This document shows, one piece after another, positions 49,057 to 57,131 of a stretch of 60,263 nucleotides of DNA. This DNA comes from Pseudobdellovibrionaceae bacterium. Lineage in GTDB: Bacteria; Bdellovibrionota; Bdellovibrionia; Bdellovibrionales; Bdellovibrionaceae. Made by a program: the position numbers and the translations under genes. Location of the stretch: NCBI GenBank assembly GCA_043745515.1, contig JAYTTH010000316.1:1-60263 (forward strand). Direction: 5' to 3'. The number at the start of each line of letters is the position of its first letter. The stretch's first letter is position 1. The notes below the pieces were generated by a model. It was not told the DNA's origin. It saw nothing but the letters and a program-made list of their open reading frames with translations, and searched no databases.

Positions 49057-49102
49057 TTTATACCCGGGTAATATTGACTTTTGTGTTTTATACGGGTAAT
49101 AT
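49057..49102 (+). promoter_or_regulatory. direct repeat TTTATAC(CC)GGGTAATAT x2 upstream of the DUF2239 gene
   Basis: Copies at 49057-49074 (contains the perfect palindrome TACCCGGGTA) and 49087-49102, 30 bp apart. Confidence 0.4.
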
Positions 49103-49120
49103 CTCAAGAAGAGGTTTAAA

Positions 49121-49714
49121 ATAGAAAAATTTGATCGACAATTCTACACCGCTTTCGACGGCCATAAGTTAATTGCTCAAGGTGCCTTGGATGAAGTCGT
49201 GCTAAAAGTTAAAAAAAGACAGCTTTCCCATCCTCAAGCGGCTGTGCTTGTATTTAGTGACTCGACAGGAAAGCAAATGGATTTTGATCTGCGCGGTTCA
49301 GACAAAGAAATCCTACAAAGACTTGAAACGTTCATCGCGCCAAATATGAAATCACCACCGACCGCCGGTCCTGGGCGCCCCAAGCTAGGTGTGGTCGCAA
49401 GGGAAGTTTCCCTATTGCCCAAACACTGGGAGTGGCTTTCCACACAATCCGAAGGAGCTTCTGGAACAATCCGCAGATTAATTGACTCCGCTAGGTCTTT
49501 TACAACCCCGGCAATCCGGCTAAAGCAATATCAAGAAAGAACTTACAAATTTATGGAAGCCATCGCCGGAAATCTACCTGGCTACGAAGAAGCACTTCGC
49601 GCGTTGTATTCAAAAAACAAAACAAAATTTAGAGACCATATTTCTGCTTGGCCACAAGACGTTAGGGCCCACGCTATCGAGCTAGCAAATCCAGTATTTG
49701 AAACTGAAAAGTAA
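49121..49714 (+). CDS. DUF2239-family protein (apparent ATA start)
   Basis: GPGRPKLGVVAREVSLLPKHWEWL and a YTAFDGHKLIAQGALDEV N-terminus. The frame is open from 49100. GAGG lies 6 nt before ATA 49121. The first canonical start (TTG 49187) would remove the conserved N-terminus. Confidence 0.6.
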   Translation: MEKFDRQFYTAFDGHKLIAQGALDEVVLKVKKRQLSHPQAAVLVFSDSTGKQMDFDLRGSDKEILQRLETFIAPNMKSPPTAGPGRPKLGVVAREVSLLPKHWEWLSTQSEGASGTIRRLIDSARSFTTPAIRLKQYQERTYKFMEAIAGNLPGYEEALRALYSKNKTKFRDHISAWPQDVRAHAIELANPVFETEK

Positions 49715-49773
49715 TTTACTTGGATAGGCATTTTGATAGTGTATTCTAAAATTTGGTGAAAAACAGGGACAAT

Positions 49774-50973
49774 ATGTCAGTTATAAATGATCGCTTTCTA
49801 AAATGGCTCAGCGCTGGAGCCGGTATAATCTTGGGTGGCATTTTATTATTTGGAATTGATTACTATCCGGTTGCAGTGGATTTTTTAAATCGTATTCCAG
49901 ATCAAAACCAAGAAAAATTTTTAGATATGCACACTCATGTTGCTTGCCTTGGCCCCGACGTTCCTGTCGAAACAGACTGTTACGTATCGCCTGATATGCG
50001 TAGTAGCTACAAATTTTCAATTTATCTAAAAGCGTTTGGGATGACGGAAGAGTCCTTAAAAACCGAAGGCGGCCTTGCCATTTTTGATCATTTAGCTGAA
50101 AAAATCCAATCGTCCCAGCGGATTAAAGCCGCGGTAGTTTTGGCAATGGATGGATTTGTTAATCGCACCACTGGAGCTTTGGATTGGCAAAATACACAAA
50201 TCTATGTTCCCAATGAGTTTGTACTCAAAGGTCTTAAAGACAAACCACGAGGCGTTTTTTATTTTGGCGCCAGTGTGAATCCGTATCGCAAAGATGCGCT
50301 TCAACGCCTAGTGCAAATGAAAAATGAAGGTGCGGTTTTAATTAAGTGGATTCCTTCTATTATGAATATTGATCCGGCCGACCCGCAATTGATAGAGTAT
50401 TATAAAAAACTGGTTGAACTGGACTTGGTGCTTCTAACCCATACAGGACGCGAATTAAGTTTTTCAGGGGCCAAGGATGAACTATGCGATCCCCTGAGAT
50501 TAAAATTGCCACTCAGTTTAGGAGTTAAAATCATTGCGGCTCATGTGGCAACAACCGGTGAAAATCAAAACGAATCTGATTTTTCAAGACTTTCAAAACT
50601 GATGGACGAACCCAAGTATAAAGATCAATTGTTTGCGGATATTTCCGCAATCACTCAATTTAATCGAATTAAAATGTTAAAAGGAATTTTAAAAAATCCC
50701 GTGTTTAAAGGGCACCTAGTGAATGGCACAGATTGGCCCTTGATTGAAGTCAGTGTGGGTATCAACTCTAGCTTGAGTTTAAATTTAACGCCGTATCACT
50801 TATACAATCTGCCCTTCTTGAATCTTGGACTTGATAGTTCACAAATTAGGATTTTAGATTCTATTTCTAACACATTTGATCGTGACGTTCGAATGAAAGA
50901 ATTTTATGGAGTTACAACTGAGATCTTTGGTCTTGCTGAAAAAATTCTAACGCTACCAAAAAACCCGTATTAG
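49774..50973 (+). CDS. amidohydrolase-superfamily (TIM-barrel metal hydrolase) protein with N-terminal TM
   Basis: LDMHTHVA (HxH metal motif), LLTHTGRE, IIAAHVATTG. The ORF is open from TTG 49753. Confidence 0.6.
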   Translation: MSVINDRFLKWLSAGAGIILGGILLFGIDYYPVAVDFLNRIPDQNQEKFLDMHTHVACLGPDVPVETDCYVSPDMRSSYKFSIYLKAFGMTEESLKTEGGLAIFDHLAEKIQSSQRIKAAVVLAMDGFVNRTTGALDWQNTQIYVPNEFVLKGLKDKPRGVFYFGASVNPYRKDALQRLVQMKNEGAVLIKWIPSIMNIDPADPQLIEYYKKLVELDLVLLTHTGRELSFSGAKDELCDPLRLKLPLSLGVKIIAAHVATTGENQNESDFSRLSKLMDEPKYKDQLFADISAITQFNRIKMLKGILKNPVFKGHLVNGTDWPLIEVSVGINSSLSLNLTPYHLYNLPFLNLGLDSSQIRILDSISNTFDRDVRMKEFYGVTTEIFGLAEKILTLPKNPY

Positions 50974-51019
50974 TTTTTTTTTCTCAAATTTAAGTTATAA
51001 CTTTACTTAGCACCCAAAG

Positions 51020-51559
51020 TTATCGATTGGCATTTCTGCGCGGTTTTGCTGAAACGGTTTTCTTTTGACTTTCTCGGTGCGCTTCCAAAACAGCATCTTC
51101 GATTCGCTTTGCGCGAGTTTCAGCCTTCGAGGAATCGTCAATTCGTCTAATAATAAAGTTCTTTTTTCCAGCCGTTAAGTCGTCAAAATTCAAAGTCATA
51201 CCTTCAGCACGAAGGGCAGTTGCCAAGTCTTTTGGAATTTGAATATCAGCACGGTCAAGAACAGTGATGTTCACTTTTACCTTGTCGCCTTCTTTTAGAT
51301 CTGCTTCCTTGCGAACCTTAGCCCTGACTCGGATATAGTGTTGGCCTTCCCCTGCCGGAAATAGGCTCACTTTGAAGGGCTTTGAACTATTAACACGAGC
51401 CATGACCATTACAGCTGCCTTGGTTCCTAATGCCTTAGTGACAGCGGCAGGAACCGGAATGGCGCAATAGTCCATTCCTTCAGCCCAGTTTTCAAGTCGA
51501 GAATTGAACGCCAGTTGTTTTCCAGTTATGCCATGTTTCCGTTTTGCCGCCATTTTCAT
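51020..51559 (-). CDS. DUF1905 + YdeI/OmpD-associated family protein
   Basis: The N-terminal DUF1905-like beta domain (HYIRVRAKVRKEADLKEGDKVKVNITV) is followed by a YdeI-like helical tail (FIIRRIDDSSKAETRAKRIEDAV). Confidence 0.65.
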   Translation of the reverse strand: MKMAAKRKHGITGKQLAFNSRLENWAEGMDYCAIPVPAAVTKALGTKAAVMVMARVNSSKPFKVSLFPAGEGQHYIRVRAKVRKEADLKEGDKVKVNITVLDRADIQIPKDLATALRAEGMTLNFDDLTAGKKNFIIRRIDDSSKAETRAKRIEDAVLEAHRESQKKTVSAKPRRNANR

Positions 51560-51562
51560 TTG

Positions 51563-51591
51563 ATACTACTCAATAAAATTTTTGGTGTCTA
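51563..51591 (-). promoter_or_regulatory. sigma70-like promoter (copy A of a duplicated promoter-like module)
   Basis: Minus strand: TAGACA-17 nt-TAGTAT. The -10 element ends 3 nt before ATG 51559. The module is repeated at 57288-57316. Confidence 0.45.
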
Positions 51592-51651
51592 AGTAAAGTT
51601 CGATGTCGGAGGGTGGATTTTAGGGAAATACCTCTTGAAACTTCAAGTTGT

Positions 51652-52503
51652 TTAATCACGCCCGCGTACAGCTTTCGAAAAAGCAAACAACAATAGAAGC
51701 GCACATGCCATCATGGCCGCGCCGGCAAGCTGATGTGATGATAAAGATTCACCTAAAAAAATAAAAGCTCCCAGAATGCCAAAGACGGGTTCGCTGTACT
51801 GACCCAATAGATCTAGCTGCATGTTCTTTCTCAAAGCATAAGAATGTGCAAAAAAAGCCGACGGTAAAAGAAGTGCTAAACTAATTGTCGATCCTACTGT
51901 CGCCGTATTCCAACCATTGCAGTTAATCGATCCTTTCGTTAAAGCAATCAATGCAAATACAAAAAAAGAAAGAGTGTTGGTCGTTGCGCTAATTTCGATA
52001 TCGCTTAATTCAGTCTGCCAATTGTGAATGATCCATGTGAAAAAAGACCAGGTCAAAATACTTCCAAACAACGCCGTTAAGCTTAACGAGCTCACTTGAG
52101 AGGCCGAAAAAAAATCCACAAAAATCAAAGTGCCTAAAATAGCTAAGCTGCAAATAATGAAAATTCGAATTGAAAAGTGAACCCTCATAACAAAAAGACT
52201 TATCACCGGACAAAGCGCGTAAAAGAAAACATACCAACTCACAGGCACAGCTTTCAACGCGAAGACTTGAAAGTAGTAATGGATTGAAATCGTTCCGATA
52301 CCCATCAGTACGTAAGAAATCTTCAAGCGGCGTATTTTAGAAATCGCTTTGTAAAGAAACGGAAGAAAAAACAACGAAGATAGACCTAACCGAATCAATA
52401 AAAAACTAACTTCGTCAATATTTTGAAGGCCGATCTTCGCTAAGATTGGAGACAAGCCCCATACCAAATTAGCAAACAGCACGGCCAATACAGAAAAATT
52501 CAT
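51652..52503 (-). CDS. DMT-superfamily (EamA-like) transporter
   Basis: Ten TM segments in two EamA-like halves. The start forms an ATGA overlap with the upstream ATP-grasp frame. Confidence 0.8.
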   Translation of the reverse strand: MNFSVLAVLFANLVWGLSPILAKIGLQNIDEVSFLLIRLGLSSLFFLPFLYKAISKIRRLKISYVLMGIGTISIHYYFQVFALKAVPVSWYVFFYALCPVISLFVMRVHFSIRIFIICSLAILGTLIFVDFFSASQVSSLSLTALFGSILTWSFFTWIIHNWQTELSDIEISATTNTLSFFVFALIALTKGSINCNGWNTATVGSTISLALLLPSAFFAHSYALRKNMQLDLLGQYSEPVFGILGAFIFLGESLSSHQLAGAAMMACALLLLFAFSKAVRGRD

Positions 52504-53693
52504 ATTGTCTCCGATGGCAAAGCATAAAATGCTTTTTGCTTTCCTTGCGACGTAGCCATTTGAATCGATTCAAGATATTGTTTTACGGCCACTGGTGAAC
52601 CCGAAACAATTCCAATCCAAGACCAATTGTCTTTTCCCATAGCCGGAACAGTATTTCCGAAATCTAAGATTTGTGTTACGAATACATCTTTTTTTGGACT
52701 TGAATCTAAATTTAAGAACATTGATTCTTCTTTTAAACCATGGCAACAGAGATTGACATCTGGGGCTGATGATTCCAAAATTCGCCGATTTCTTTTTCGG
52801 GAAATAGCGTGATTTTAAGAACTTCAGTGAATATGTCCACAGGCGAAGCGTTATAGGCCGAAGATAAAATTTCACCGATTCCGCCACCGCCCAATCGACC
52901 TAAATTGGCATCGATCACAAAAGCTTCATTTTGATTGACCATCAGCTCGATATGAAAAAAAGCATTTTGAATTTCACTAGCCTTAATCAAATCAAATACT
53001 TTTTCATACGCTTGATTCTTAGTCGTAACGGCCAAACGATGTTCATAAGGAAATCCCGCCCAACTTTCGGTGTTTAATATCTTACGGCGACCCGTGCATC
53101 CTAAAATTTGGGCTTCTCCATTTCGTACAAAACCTTCGAGGCTAACAAGTTCTCCAGAAATATAAGCCTGAACCATCCATTCATCAGGCTGCAGATGATT
53201 TGGAATCTGCAAATTCTGAATGTGCTGGCTATAAATTTCAACTGATTGCTCCGCATTTACAATGCAAACCCCGATGCCTCCGGCCGTACACCGCGGTTTA
53301 AAAATAACCATTCCATATTTTTTTCTGAAATCCTCAATCTGCTTGAGTGGAATTCTATTTTTATTAAAGCTGAGCGAGGGAGGGCCTAGAATCCAAACCC
53401 CGCACCTTTAATGCTTGCGCAAGCTCGACAACCAGGTGAAGTCGAGAATCCAGAAATGTAGTTACAGCTTCAATCATCCAAACTTGAGCACAAATAAAGC
53501 AAAGCATTTCAGATACCGAGGTTGTATTTATATCGAAGTAATCAAATTCTTGAATTTGCTTCAAGGTATCGCTTTGATAGTTTTTTATCTCGACTAGAAA
53601 AACAGGTTCAAAACCAAGATTTCTAATCGAATTTCCCGAATAGCGGGCACCAATATCGGATGTTTCAACTACAATTATTTTTTTTCGACTCAT
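52500..53693 (-). pseudogene. ATP-grasp ligase gene split by two frameshifts
   Basis: Pre-ATP-grasp N-terminus (53364-53693, MSRKKIIVVETSDIGARY). ATP-grasp core in a different frame (52733-53311, MVIFKPRCTAGGIGVCIV ... FHIELM ... IDANLGRLGGGG). The C-terminal part returns to the first frame (52500-52778). Shift windows are about 53366-53407 and 52733-52815. Confidence 0.65.
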
Positions 53694-53715
53694 ACGAGCT
53701 CCTCGTGGTTAAGAT

Positions 53716-54069
53716 TTAAAACAGGATGAAATTGCGGAATTTCTGGAAGATAAGAACAACTCGAAAAAACTTTTGCAATGAAGGATCTAAACTAAAACCT
53801 TCTATTTGATTCCATTGCACTTTTGTTTTCATCCATTCGAGTACAAGCGTGTCTTGAGCTTCACGGGTCGTCTGCATAAGTACTTTTTTTCCTAAACTTT
53901 CAATTTCAGTAGAAATTTTATTATAAAATTTAGGCAGGGCCTTGATGTATAAATTCCATTTTGATCCATCGACTTGAAAAATACTAAATTGATTTAACTC
54001 GTTCCAAAGATAGGCTGAAATCCAAGAGTCATTATCCTGATTGATCCAGGCCGGATGACTTTTCGTCAA
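53716..54069 (-). CDS. hypothetical protein (possibly N-terminally truncated by an in-frame TAA)
   Basis: 117-aa ORF from a TTG with no Shine-Dalgarno. The same frame continues upstream through TAA (54106-54108) to ATG 54150, which is preceded by GAGGGA. Confidence 0.45.
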   Translation of the reverse strand: MTKSHPAWINQDNDSWISAYLWNELNQFSIFQVDGSKWNLYIKALPKFYNKISTEIESLGKKVLMQTTREAQDTLVLEWMKTKVQWNQIEGFSLDPSLQKFFRVVLIFQKFRNFILF

Positions 54070-54343
54070 ATGGAGATTTCCGTGTAGACGAAAGCTTCTT
54101 CGCTTTTATCGAAGATTCTCGCGAATTTCTAATAATAATGTGTGGCCCATAGTCCCTCGCAAATAGTTTCGAGAGGGTTAATTTCAAGTTTTAGGCCAGT
54201 CTTTTTTCGGCTAGGATCGAATACAATAATAGATGACTAACTTTCATTCCGAATTTCGAGAAAGTTCGTTTTAATTTTAGGAGTTTTAAGGAAATCAATT
54301 TAGCACGAAAGTGTTACCGATGTCTTCGGCACAGACCCAGGGA

Positions 54344-54359
54344 AAATGGTGGAGACGAA
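54344..54359 (+). repeat. core repeat copy 1 (AAATGGTGGAGACGAA)
   Basis: Shares the exact 11-mer AAATGGTGGAG with copies at 55497 and 57252, all in the same orientation. The reverse complement reads ...CTCCACCATTT, resembling a CCA-encoded tRNA or tmRNA 3' end. Confidence 0.8.
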
Positions 54360-54396
54360 GACTCAGAAGTCGAACCCGTGATTCATCTTCGAATCG

Positions 54397-54819
54397 TTAT
54401 TTAATTTCAAGCTGTACAGATGGATATTGCTCTTCGTAATTTTCACCGTCACATCCAAAATACGTGACCGTTCTTTTGGAAAAATCGACATCATAACTTA
54501 CGACTCCAGCTTTCCAAGTGGCCGCCAAAAATTCAGGAAATGTACTTTTCCCTGCCTTATCAATTCGTAGTGCATGAATGAGTGCTTCACGATCAAAATT
54601 TGAAACGTCAAATGTGCCTAAAGCGAGAGGTTCTCCCTGCATAACAACAGGACCTTCTTCTGTTAAAAACAAACTCTGACAAGACGGAAGTGACCAAATA
54701 TTTCGAGTCACACCAGATTGCCGCATGACCTCCGCCAGGTAAGGAAATCCACCTATCTTTGGTCGAATCTTAATTGCAAGCTTTTGTGCTTCTAGCAAAT
54801 TCGCAATCGCTTTACTCAT
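54397..54819 (-). CDS. DUF1398-family protein
   Basis: GGFPYLAEVMRQSGV, TFPEFLAATWKAGVVSYDVDF and TVTYFG match the DUF1398 pattern. Start at MSKAIANL. The ORF is open to 54846. Confidence 0.7.
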   Translation of the reverse strand: MSKAIANLLEAQKLAIKIRPKIGGFPYLAEVMRQSGVTRNIWSLPSCQSLFLTEEGPVVMQGEPLALGTFDVSNFDREALIHALRIDKAGKSTFPEFLAATWKAGVVSYDVDFSKRTVTYFGCDGENYEEQYPSVQLEIK

Positions 54820-54897
54820 ATCAGCCGACCTTTCATTAAAAACCAAGTTCTAAACTGCGGGAACTCTTGAGGACGACCCGAGTTCTCAAACTCTGAA

Positions 54898-54908
54898 TTT
54901 GGTGGAAG
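54898..54908 (+). repeat. degenerate copy of the core repeat (TTTGGTGGAAG)
   Basis: Matches the AAATGGTGGAG core at 9 of 11 positions. Lies between the DUF1398 and DUF1772 genes. Confidence 0.35.
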
Positions 54909-55023
54909 TGTATCCACTGAACCTTACTGCTTTAAATTACAAATTTGACTTACTGTCGGGGCAAAAATAAGTCAATCTGAGCTCGGCTTTTTGAACGCTA
55001 TATGCAGGAAAAATAGGAACTTA

Positions 55024-55455
55024 TCAACTAAGAGCCCAAACAAAAATACTCGTAGCGAAGATACCAAGAATCGTTCGCACAGCATGTAACTTTCCCCAAT
55101 GCCGAATGAGATCAACAGTAGTTGAATTGATCTCGGCTTCTTTAGTTGCAAGAAGTTTTTGATTCGTGGGCATGATAACAAGCAGAGTATAGGGCCAATT
55201 TGCAAGAATAAGAACTGCGCCAAAAATCCAACGCCAGTCCTGTGATTGAGTGTAGGCATAGATACCTGCTAAGCCAGAAAGCACAGCTAAAGTGGATTGC
55301 ATGATAAAGCCACTTTTGTAGCTAGGCGCCCATTGTTTTAAAAGCTGCTTAGGTTCCAAGTTCAGACGAGCAGGCTGCTCAGCGAAATTTATGTAGAATG
55401 CAGCACCAGCAAAAAGGGCAGCGAAAACCAATGCGAATAACCCAGCTAAAATCAT
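55024..55455 (-). CDS. DUF1772 (anthrone-oxygenase-like) membrane protein
   Basis: FAGAAFYINFAEQPARL and four TM segments are typical of DUF1772. Confidence 0.75.
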   Translation of the reverse strand: MILAGLFALVFAALFAGAAFYINFAEQPARLNLEPKQLLKQWAPSYKSGFIMQSTLAVLSGLAGIYAYTQSQDWRWIFGAVLILANWPYTLLVIMPTNQKLLATKEAEINSTTVDLIRHWGKLHAVRTILGIFATSIFVWALS

Positions 55456-55496
55456 ATTTCTCCTTAAGAAATGCCTTACGCTGTAAAACGTGAGAC

Positions 55497-55512
55497 AAAT
55501 GGTGGAGGCTGA
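55497..55512 (+). repeat. core repeat copy 2 (AAATGGTGGAGGCTGA)
   Basis: Exact 11-mer shared with copies 1 and 3. Lies 42 nt upstream (minus sense) of the DUF1772 start. Confidence 0.8.
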
Positions 55513-55637
55513 AACAGTCCACTAAAGCTTTGAAACTATTGAGCATTTAAAAGTGCCCATATACCGCACCCTATATTCCAATCAGTGCCTCAAAATATGA
55601 TCTAAAATCAATCCTATTTCCGCTGAGTCAGCCTTGG

Positions 55638-55668
55638 TGAAAAATGACATTATTATTGAAAAATGTCA
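55638..55668 (+). promoter_or_regulatory. direct repeats TGAAAAATG(A/T)CA x2 upstream of abiEi (operator candidate)
   Basis: Copies at 55638-55649 and 55657-55668. Together they also contain the inverted pair TGACAT...ATGTCA. They lie 22-52 nt upstream of the AbiEi start. Confidence 0.45.
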
Positions 55669-55689
55669 AATTATACCGAATAATAAATC

Positions 55690-56271
55690 ATGACTACTGC
55701 ACAGCAATCGAAACTAAAAAAACTTGGACCATTTTCAATCGCACAAGCGAAAGAAATCGGCATCAGTCAGCAAGAGCTTTCCCTACTGGTCAAAGAAGAT
55801 AAAATTATTCGAATGGAGCGAGGGATTTACCTGCACCCTGAAGCAGATAAATCGAGAGAGCTTGATTTTAAAATCGCTTGTGCGAAATTTGGTCCCAAAT
55901 CTGCGGTCGGAGGACTATCAGCCCTTTTCTATTATAATCTAGCCGATCAAGTCCCGCAGCAAACTTGGGTCATAGTTCCGCCCAACAAGCGGGTGATTTC
56001 CAAAAACTACCGCCTTATTCGCACAAAAACCCCTCTAAAACACGGCATCATCGAAGGTGACAGGTTCCGCATAGTCTCTATTGAAAGATCTATTGTAGAG
56101 GGCTTTAAGCTCGCCAGTAAAATCGGCGAAAGAACAGCGATCAAGGCAGCTCGCACCGCCATCCAACAAAAACTCACAACGCTGAATAAAATTGGAAAAA
56201 TGGCAAAAAACCTTGGTCTGGATTCAAGCCTCACTAAATACTTCGAAGTGATCATTGGGGCCATATCATGA
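55690..56271 (+). CDS. type IV toxin-antitoxin system AbiEi-family antitoxin/transcriptional regulator
   Basis: N-terminal wHTH-like FSIAQAKEIGISQQELSLLVKEDKIIRMERGIYLHP is typical of AbiEi. ATGA overlap with the downstream toxin frame. Confidence 0.75.
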   Translation: MTTAQQSKLKKLGPFSIAQAKEIGISQQELSLLVKEDKIIRMERGIYLHPEADKSRELDFKIACAKFGPKSAVGGLSALFYYNLADQVPQQTWVIVPPNKRVISKNYRLIRTKTPLKHGIIEGDRFRIVSIERSIVEGFKLASKIGERTAIKAARTAIQQKLTTLNKIGKMAKNLGLDSSLTKYFEVIIGAIS

Positions 56272-57064
56272 CAACAAAATCAAAAGGCGAATCCATACGA
56301 ACAAAACTGACTAAACTCTCGGCGAAACTTGGCGTCAGGTATGAAAATATAGTGACAGTTTTTTGATCGAGCGATTAGTCGCTAGATTTATTTCAGATAA
56401 ATCATTGGCAAGCCATCTTGTTTTCAAGGGTGGATTTGTCGGCTTGAAGATTTACGAATCACCAAGATACACCGTGGATCTAGACGCTTTGCTGGTAAAA
56501 TCCAATATCGAATCCACTTTAAAACTTGTAAAAGAAAAAGCAGAGTCCGATTTAAATGATGGTGTATGGTTTCGCTTTGAAAGTCAGGTCGATCTAGCGA
56601 CACAAGGTGAAGTTCTAAAGAATCTTCAAAAAGCACAGATTGTTCATTTTGATTTGGGTATTGGTGATCCAATTACTCCCGCTCCCCAACAAGAAAAAAC
56701 GTCATCACTGCTAAGTGAAAATTAAGAAATCAGTTGGTCAGTTTATTCAATTGAAACTATTTGTGCAGAAAAGCTTCATGCACTGATTTCTCACGGCGAT
56801 CAAAACTCTAGATCAAAAGATGTTCATGATCTTGCGATATTTTTACCGAAAGCCGACGGTAAAGTTCTCAAGGAAGCGATTACAAAGTGTTTTGCTTTTC
56901 GCAAAACTGATGTGCCGCCAAGCTTTTTAAATGTCTTGAAAAAACTTGATACCACAAGACTTGAAAAAGGATGGGCCAGTGCCGTTGCGTCAGTTCATGA
57001 GGCTTCAAGTTTTAAAGCGATGTTTAAAACTGTGCTGGATCAAATTTCTGGTTGGGAAAGCTAA
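56268..57064 (+). pseudogene. AbiEii/DUF1814 nucleotidyltransferase toxin, disrupted
   Basis: MTTKSKGESIRTKLTKLSAKLGVRYENIVTVF is followed by a frameshift in a T6 run (56359-56364). It continues LIERLVARF...LVFKGGF...RYTVDLDAL...FDLGIGDPITP. An in-frame TAA at 56723-56725 is followed by YSIETICAEKLHAL...NSRSKDVHDL...* in the same frame. Confidence 0.75.
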
Positions 57065-57131
57065 AGTCTTACAAACCGCCTGTAAGGGATTCGATTAATT
57101 CCTAAGCCACTTTTAAAATATATTTTATTCC

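Noticed and set aside
54344-54400. Possible tRNA or tmRNA genes at the CTCCACCA-containing repeats (also 55497 and 57252)
   Set aside because: Only the acceptor 3' strand plus CCA is recognisable. The preceding 17 nt do not form a T-arm and no complementary 5' acceptor strand is present upstream. They are treated as fragments or repeats, not RNA genes.
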